From Candidatus Melainabacteria bacterium 17Bon1m (GTDB taxonomy: Bacteria; Cyanobacteriota; Vampirovibrionia; Obscuribacterales; Obscuribacteraceae), in NCBI GenBank assembly GCA_032128875.1, contig JAVLKG010000025.1:1-21410 (forward strand): a stretch of 21,410 nucleotides of DNA, given 5' to 3'. Positions 17,101 through 21,410 of this stretch are shown in pieces. Made by a program: the position numbers and the translations under genes. Below the pieces are notes generated by a model, which made no database searches, was not told where the DNA came from, and saw nothing but the letters and a program-made list of their open reading frames with translations. The first letter of the stretch is position 1. Each line of letters opens with the position of its first letter.

Positions 17101-20100
17101 GGCATCATTATTTCGGATGACATTAGCGGTAGCAATTTGATTAGCTTGGCTTCTGCTACATCAATTCTTCAATCCGGCACCATTAGCGGCGGCGACTTGA
17201 CAGTAAGTTTCTCCAGCGCAGGTCCTACTACGTTGACTACAGATGTCGCTTCTATAACGACGACGAATGCGAGTCAGAGCCTCACGGTGAATGAAGCGAA
17301 TGACATCGAAGTCCGAGGTCAATCGGTTAGTTCTTTGTTTCTCACGGCAGGAGGAAGCATTACGACTGGTGCAGCGATCTCGGTAACCGGAACGCTTTTT
17401 CTCGAGGCTGTGGGCGCGACTTCTGATGTAATACTCAGCAACAACATAAACGGGACAAGCGCAGTAACACTTCGGGCTGGACGCACTATTACACAAACCG
17501 GAGGTACGAAAATTACCGGAGGAGATCTTTCCGTCAATTTCGGATCCGGTCCTGTAGCGTTGACTACTGCCGTAGGAAGTGTCGCGAGTTCGGCGACTGG
17601 ACAGTCTCTCACCATCAACGAAGACGATGGAATTATCGTTAGAGCACTCAATCTCAATTCGGTGACCATCAATGCAGGCCTTGTTTCGAGCGGAACGCTC
17701 AGCACGGGGCAAGCCATTTCCGTGGCAGGTAACCTCATTTTTGATATGGGTAGCGGTGGTGATATACACCTGTTCAATGATGTGCATGGCGGTTCTGGAA
17801 TCACGCTAGATGCCGCTACTATTACTCAAAACACTGGCATCGCCTTATCCGGCGGCGGCCTGACTGCTACTGCAAACACTATAGATCTTGGCGGCGGCAC
17901 GACCATGAATTTCGATGGTGATGTTAGTCTCTTCACCAACAATTTGAACTTGCACGGTTCAACAATTCAAACTTCAGCCGGCATCATTACCGTCACATCT
18001 AATAGTGGCGATTTGACAGTTGATGGCGGCAGCGGTGCATCTTTAATCAGCACGAAGTATCCTGCTGGTGGACCGGGAACTCCGAATGCCTCGGGTGTGA
18101 TCTTGAGCGCGCTGGGTAACGGTAACTTGATACTTGAAGGTAATCTGAATATTGAGCGCGACGCAACTTTCAATGCTGAAGACAATACGGTAGTGATCGA
18201 CACAGACGCTGTCATCACTGGGGTCAACAACATCACTGTCAACGCTACTTATTTGCAGAAAGACGGCACCTTGAATGCAAACATCGTCATATTCACGCCA
18301 ACCGCAGTCGGAGCAATAATAAATACCACTGGAGACTTAGTTCTCACCTCTGACTTCATCATAAGTGGTGCCAACTTTGCACTGCTTTCTTCCGGCAATA
18401 TCAATGCACAAAACATCAATATTGACTGGAATAATGCTGATGGTGGAACTTTCACCATGATTGCTGGATACAATGCATCCCCGAACAGCGGTGGACAACT
18501 TGAAACGAACAGCCCATACACTTTGACCAGTGCTGGAATCGGAAGTGTCAATATGTCCGGCACAACAATCACAACTTCGGCAGCGAACGCTGGCAGTGTG
18601 GTGGCAATTGCTTCGAACGGTTCGGTCAACATCGGTGCCATCAACGCGGTATCGTCTGTTGGAACTGGCGGGAATGTCACCTTGATTGGAGAAACTGGTG
18701 TAACCGTGGGAGCTATTGATGCTTCCGGCGCTGCTAATGGTGGCAACATTTTGCTCTCTGCTTCGACGCCAACCTTAGTTGGAGCAGGACCAGTTGTTGT
18801 GGAAAACGGCGCCCTTAACGGCGGTGCATTTGCTGCTGGTACGCTCAGAAATGCCAGCATCACCTTCGGCAATATCGTTGCCGGAACAGGCAGCTTCGCA
18901 ACGGAAACATCGAGTTCTGGTGCAATTACAGCAACCTCAGGAATTTCCGCGCATGATATTAGATTAGAAACAGGAGTTTTAGCTCTTTCGACGATTAGCA
19001 CGTTGACTTCAAATTTGGACAACAGCGACAATGCTGGACAGATTGATATCACCGCTAATTCAGTAACTACTGCGGATATAGCAGATCGGCTCGTGCTGTC
19101 GGCGAACGGAATAGTCGACGGCGGAGTCATCAACTTCACATTGAATAGTACATCTGCGACATCCGTCGGAAACGCAGGAACATATGAGTTCCAATTTGAA
19201 GGCGGCGCGTCTGGCAATGGAGGCCGCGCGACCTTGAACACTCAAGGTAACGTCACCCTCTCAACTTATGCATTCGTCGGCACTTCTGGTGGCAATGGCG
19301 GTGCGGCCTACGTAAACACTGACGGCAGCATTACGGTTGGAGCCGGAGCCTTTGATCTGGCTGGAGGCACTGATGGTGCAACAATCTCATTAGATGCGGG
19401 TGGAGTCGTCAACCTATCTTCCGGAATCGGTTTCTTCACTCAAGCGAATGCGGTTGGTCCGAACTCCAATGGCGGATGCTTAATTCTGCGGGGTTCTACA
19501 TTCGTCTTCCCAGCCGGTGTAGGATCTACGGTTGATAACGCGCTCAACCTGACTGCAACTGCAAACGGAACCGGCAACAACGGCACCATTGTTTTCGAAA
19601 GCAACTCGACGACAGCAATGCAAGTAGGTACACCGACAGGCAAAGCACCTAAGGGTCCACAGTTCTTTGTAACCGCTAATGCTTCCGGTGGTGGCGGTGA
19701 TGCAGGTTCGATCACTCTAGCAACAGGTGGCAACCTCACCGTTAACAGCCTGATAGCTCTCAATGCCAGCAGCTCATTCACCGCGGGTAGTGACCTGGAC
19801 GGCGCAAGCTATAGCTTGACTGCAGGCCGAAACGGAGCAGCCGGCAGCTTGATCGTTAACGGTGCTCTGAACGGCTCTGCCCTCGGAAACGGAGACGGCG
19901 GAGACATCACATTGTCTGCCCGCTCGAATCAAGCCTTCGTTGTAAACGCAACGAAGGCGCCGACTAATGGAACGTTTGGTGCAGTGAGAACTGACAATGG
20001 TGGTGGGGTGACAATCTCCAACTTGAATGGTGGAGTGACTCTCGCAAACGCTATTTCGGTTATTGCTGATGACCAGAGATACAACCTAGGTGGTAAGGGC

Positions 20101-21410
20101 GCGTTTGCTGCCAAAGGCTTCACTGTGAATGCAATCGATAACCTGTCGATCAATTCAACTGGATCATCGACTCTTTCCAACCTCTCAGTCAACACTAGCA
20201 ATCTTAGCGTCACGACTGTAGGGGGAACGGTCGCAGTCACCAACATGTTCAACGGCAGCTGGAATTTGGAGAACGCAACCGGTAAGTCGCTGACCATCAC
20301 AACCGGCTCGACAGGCTCTGTAACCCTGAACGACATGCAAGCTAGTGCTGGTAACATCCTCGTCGTCAACAACTCAGGCAACCTGGTTGTAGCGAACGAT
20401 GCAAACATCAGAGCTACCAACGGAGCGCTGACGTTGCAGAACACAAACCTCAGCGGTCAAATCCAAGTTGGAACCGACGCAGTAGTCGAGACCTTTGGAA
20501 CCAAAGGTAAGAACGCCACTCTTACTGTTTCCACAGCAATTCCTAAGAATGGCACCAATCCAACTACAACGAGTGTTGGAAACATTAACGTAGCAGTGCA
20601 AGGGAAGGGCGTTGTGTTTTTGGGAACGACAGGTGCGGTCGTCGCAGCATCGCCGGTGAATGTGAATGCTCTGAATAAGAACGTGATATTCAACGGACCT
20701 GTCGGCTCGATCGTTCTAGGTGCAGGATCAACAGTCACAGCTGATCCGCCGCCCTCGTCCGTAGCTGCAAGCGCGTCTGTTGTGGGTGCATCCGTAATAG
20801 GTTCACCGGCTGTAGCAGCTGCTCTTCCGGCGCAATCTGCAGAAAGCGCCAGCGGTTTGTTTGGATTCGTTGCTGAAAATGCATTGGTCACATCTGACCT
20901 TCGTGTGTTGAATTTAAACGCAGCGTCGGAAAGTCGTAGCAGCGTGTTGTATGCGCTGAATCGCTCTGCCGGCGGCTCGCCGACGGCGGGCGGCATGAAT
21001 GCCGCCCCTACAATGGGCACCAGAGAAGACAACTCATATATGGTTGGCTTTATGGGCAACAGCTTCGGAGAATCAGAAGCCGCGCTCTGCAGCGATGTCG
21101 AACTCGGTGTCGGCCGAAGCGCCGGCTTCCAGCCGGCATCGGAAAATGCTGTTGGAACGATTCAAACGGTTCAGCACTCCGAGCGTGTCGTAATCAAGAA
21201 AGGCAACGTACTCTTCGTTCCATTCAAAGCTACGACAGTAGAAACACCGAACGGTATCGTCCACATCGATGCGAAGGCAGTCGCTCTCGTTTCATCGACC
21301 GATGCAGGTTTGGCAGTGTATGATCTCGAAGATCAACACAAAGGTTCTGTAAGTGTTGAATCCAACGGTCACAACGTAGTTCTTGCTCCAGGTCGCCACG
21401 TGATGATCAC
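11029..21410 (+). CDS. Giant secreted beta-helix (haemagglutinin/adhesin-like) protein, paralog C, 3'-partial (over 3460 aa, about 3558 aa if colinear with B)
   Basis: Manual translation of frame 1 from ATG 11029 gives MATTRSLKTWNTRFAFRKVFASLTIFLFLVSSNLTTAALANEQGGRRAAFEQFQIENPGLEKKELHQMFKQEWREIKG..., homologous to B. The same frame gives GNQCLTGDPTFFN (about 12403) and SNGHNVVLAPGRHVMI at the window end. Segments I translated had no stops, and the ORF track lists no stop-terminated long ORF in this frame, which fits an ORF open to the edge. Confidence 0.9.
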   Translation, partial: MATTRSLKTWNTRFAFRKVFASLTIFLFLVSSNLTTAALANEQGGRRAAFEQFQIENPGLEKKELHQMFKQEWREIKGAGNGIGGGGHENVSNIQNQAIQNINNNNHVDRSDFATKADWQAAKQALKLEQKNLSHTLNQTIQGTVNNKTININHGFSLDLTSAVESITLGDKLFQGQSVVINVGGEDKTVSAGSKVTAAEYVAARQALSGGAQTVTLDAQGRATGGEIDLSAMTSGNQTMKVKDLTVPVAVTASGDFGKGGDVRILGDLTNSGSINAYASGNNSVNAFIKANSIINNEGASVTSTVSDLTLQAEKNFANFGDINATGNLTIAAGKSLTNSGSISSQANLNVLAPKVINTGSLASIGANVTFDTPVVRELMVNNIDGTIQSLNGAINVRRANYAAAFDSTVVGGDLLSKQLNLYSGEGSADINVNELTGSVNSSGAAVHVRANTETLQIGNQCLTGDPTFFNTGNIDIVGGSIVVGEDLAIIAQGNITTSASSLEIKAQTVNQGFDLAIIAGANITAGAGELPPSGNGVLVNGSTPAATAPVTIDGASATGGNIDFSSVSGILTISSSSQGNNLDGGNITLAAFADGSGNNGRVLLTSTSTIRAEGHGTGNNGNVTIVAGGAPNSAANTIVLGAIHTRNGTGTAVGTGNVSIATLQPTTDDGMPITFGTNGSITSGNQLGAFSTGAIPVNAGVSLGGPIDSSLSNGNIVIRAGSVVLSSVFANKVAVHAARDITLSTNTIVGGGGVMMVAGRNITTSAPIFNINSSAATGNAGNISIVAGANAQYTASGIVINGASTTGGRIDLAAGIDARAYSLGSVGGTINLIAYTGSDNTGNVQVTGDLQTSGVAVNGDINVVAGKTSGNGITLGVITSGAGATAGGDVNLVTAAPNAGITLSSGANFAGASSTFVPAAGQVAGAIVTGDIYAPSADVLVRTNSNASIGNIAVRGPNLAGSITIRTNGTSAFNINGSGPNRSGTLDTSGPSVGSAGSISITNIGNTGINVGSLGTGASNGSGGLLSLDADNGTLAITGGSILSAGGLGPGNSGGLLSLRGASITSSGSVVLTASGIGGATGGTLIVETTGSGVSGNINIGSGNGQLQVSASGGGGTIDLRSGGTITVGNSAISADNVSLRSNLTSGSGLVLNNSVTGSTSVSLQTAGSATMSGSGTVSGGLLNITASTGSTAINTNVTSVTLSTNGNVSLNEANGLTLNAGTTGAGNLSITSSALALSSGVSFQLGGDANLITNTLSLNGGTIQSTNGVISVTPISGGLTVNGGSGGVLTSSKYAPGAPGVPNLPGVILNSNTGDLTIAGVVTLSPDSVFNIGSNDLVISNTANWNSASNITVNADNILYQGNGRITANLLIFNTITPAGTIINTSGNVVLTSDLIFNGADLAIIASGNITASGITSIQLNNSTGSGGTLHLVAGFNATPSSGGQVQTYAPYTITTAGTGNVSLGSVSINTSATGATGNAGDVVAVASNGTISLGTITAMSNSGSGGDVLVVGQNGVNVGAIDVSGLSSGDVTLSASAPLIAGGPIKFTSGTASGGTFVASTTGTDAGMSVISPTVFFNGITGADEVTLRSGSHLIWQLSGTLAVNTLNIFSGVGGANLFSTSIGILNSSAAGTVTIGGEVDSIILGTITGANQSLNVSAAGNISTSSDFSIDSLFLFGSGASSSIDLQNNVQGATKVQFVGAAAITQSNGTKISGGELIVQEYVGTSTLATNVDSLRMIGASSLGSTLIINEDNGISLRGTGVELRVNTLGAGDITTAGTLGAQTVVLNTATGGGNIVLNHNVGGDIELRTANGGSIIQNAGKISGGTLTVINPGGSSTLATNVTNLNVQSVSNLVVNEDNGIAISANTGGGSLTVNSGVAAAGVLSTNGMVDVGAGNLILNAQRVGSSIQLNHSLISTGSVNLLAQNTITQTVGTKISATNLQVGYGGTSAVALATNVNSVNAMNAVGALTINEDDGITVSASGTTSDLTVNSSLLSGGSLITDGAISLTNIRLNAQGSGGIIISDDISGSNLISLASATSILQSGTISGGDLTVSFSSAGPTTLTTDVASITTTNASQSLTVNEANDIEVRGQSVSSLFLTAGGSITTGAAISVTGTLFLEAVGATSDVILSNNINGTSAVTLRAGRTITQTGGTKITGGDLSVNFGSGPVALTTAVGSVASSATGQSLTINEDDGIIVRALNLNSVTINAGLVSSGTLSTGQAISVAGNLIFDMGSGGDIHLFNDVHGGSGITLDAATITQNTGIALSGGGLTATANTIDLGGGTTMNFDGDVSLFTNNLNLHGSTIQTSAGIITVTSNSGDLTVDGGSGASLISTKYPAGGPGTPNASGVILSALGNGNLILEGNLNIERDATFNAEDNTVVIDTDAVITGVNNITVNATYLQKDGTLNANIVIFTPTAVGAIINTTGDLVLTSDFIISGANFALLSSGNINAQNINIDWNNADGGTFTMIAGYNASPNSGGQLETNSPYTLTSAGIGSVNMSGTTITTSAANAGSVVAIASNGSVNIGAINAVSSVGTGGNVTLIGETGVTVGAIDASGAANGGNILLSASTPTLVGAGPVVVENGALNGGAFAAGTLRNASITFGNIVAGTGSFATETSSSGAITATSGISAHDIRLETGVLALSTISTLTSNLDNSDNAGQIDITANSVTTADIADRLVLSANGIVDGGVINFTLNSTSATSVGNAGTYEFQFEGGASGNGGRATLNTQGNVTLSTYAFVGTSGGNGGAAYVNTDGSITVGAGAFDLAGGTDGATISLDAGGVVNLSSGIGFFTQANAVGPNSNGGCLILRGSTFVFPAGVGSTVDNALNLTATANGTGNNGTIVFESNSTTAMQVGTPTGKAPKGPQFFVTANASGGGGDAGSITLATGGNLTVNSLIALNASSSFTAGSDLDGASYSLTAGRNGAAGSLIVNGALNGSALGNGDGGDITLSARSNQAFVVNATKAPTNGTFGAVRTDNGGGVTISNLNGGVTLANAISVIADDQRYNLGGKGAFAAKGFTVNAIDNLSINSTGSSTLSNLSVNTSNLSVTTVGGTVAVTNMFNGSWNLENATGKSLTITTGSTGSVTLNDMQASAGNILVVNNSGNLVVANDANIRATNGALTLQNTNLSGQIQVGTDAVVETFGTKGKNATLTVSTAIPKNGTNPTTTSVGNINVAVQGKGVVFLGTTGAVVAASPVNVNALNKNVIFNGPVGSIVLGAGSTVTADPPPSSVAASASVVGASVIGSPAVAAALPAQSAESASGLFGFVAENALVTSDLRVLNLNAASESRSSVLYALNRSAGGSPTAGGMNAAPTMGTREDNSYMVGFMGNSFGESEAALCSDVELGVGRSAGFQPASENAVGTIQTVQHSERVVIKKGNVLFVPFKATTVETPNGIVHIDAKAVALVSSTDAGLAVYDLEDQHKGSVSVESNGHNVVLAPGRHVMI
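14761..15720 (+). repeat. Copy 1 of an internally duplicated module of about 320 aa in paralog C (copy 2 at about 17905-18843)
   Basis: LTVNGGSGGVLTSSKYAPGAPGVPNLPGVIL...GTIINTSGNVVLTSDLIFNGADLAIIASGNI...AGFNATPSSGGQVQTYAPYT aligns colinearly with copy 2. Confidence 0.8.
16100..17640 (+). repeat. Five degenerate tandem repeats of about 110 aa (I.Q...KISGG.L.V....L.T.V....L.INEDNGI)
   Basis: NE(D/A)(N/D)(G/D)I motif at 16288, 16609, 16957, 17290 and 17617 (spacings 107, 116, 111, 109 codons). An isolated NEANGL lies at 14665. Confidence 0.8.
17905..18843 (+). repeat. Copy 2 of the module of about 320 aa in paralog C
   Basis: LTVDGGSGASLISTKYPAGGPGTPNASGVIL...GAIINTTGDLVLTSDFIISGANFALLSSGNI...AGYNASPNSGGQLETNSPYT. 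Confidence 0.8.
20935..21012. repeat. REPIN-like element in frame inside paralog C (78 bp, 26 codons)
   Basis: CGTAGCAGCGTGTTGTATGCGCTG...CGGCGGCTCGCCGACGGCGGGCGGCATGAATGCCGCCCCTACA, colinear with 9851-9928 (offset 11084). Translates as RSSVLYALNRSAGGSPTAGGMNAAPT. Confidence 0.8.
21116..21137 (+). repeat. Possible second REP-like palindrome inside the paralog C C-terminal domain
   Basis: GAAG-C-GCCGGCT-TCC-AGCCGGC, a perfect 7-bp stem, counterpart of 10032-10053. Confidence 0.45.

Noticed and set aside
725-21264. Numerous minus-strand and alternate-frame ORFs (up to 330 aa, e.g. 7324..8172, 13827..14699, 18249..19241)
   Set aside because: Nearly all lie inside the two giant genes. Their Pro/Leu/Val-rich translations are the antisense shadow of Gly/Asn/Thr codons.
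626-21410. Calling the genes fhaB/cdiA (two-partner secretion or CDI toxins) or autotransporters
   Set aside because: No N-terminal NPNG TPS motif, no VENN motif or variable toxin tip (the C-termini are the most conserved part), no immunity or TpsB gene between copies, and no terminal beta-barrel signature.

Overview
The window holds part of a head-to-tail + strand array of at least three paralogous giant genes. It contains the last 33 codons of paralog A (1..102), the complete paralog B (626..10621, 3331 aa) and paralog C (11029..>21410, over 3460 codons). Paralog C is absent from the ORF track because it runs off the window without a stop. B and C share a 40-aa Sec-type signal peptide, a highly conserved N-terminal region, a divergent Gly/Asn/Thr/Ser/Ile-rich passenger of about 2500-2800 aa with beta-helix (haemagglutinin/adhesin-like) periodicity, an Ala/Pro linker and a near-identical C-terminal domain of about 230 aa whose core looks FecR-like. 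I see no TPS, autotransporter, RTX or sortase signature. A and B end in the same GAAA-loop intrinsic terminator. A REP/REPIN-like palindromic element (GT[A/G]G head plus hairpin) lies in the A-B intergenic region. It also occurs as an in-frame 78-bp (26-codon) segment in both B and C, at the point where the paralogs switch from divergent to about 94% identical DNA, and the shared 3' tract ends at another REP head. The architecture reminds me of giant proteins of Vampirovibrionia/Melainabacteria (Obscuribacterales), but that is unverified recollection. All counts were made by hand.
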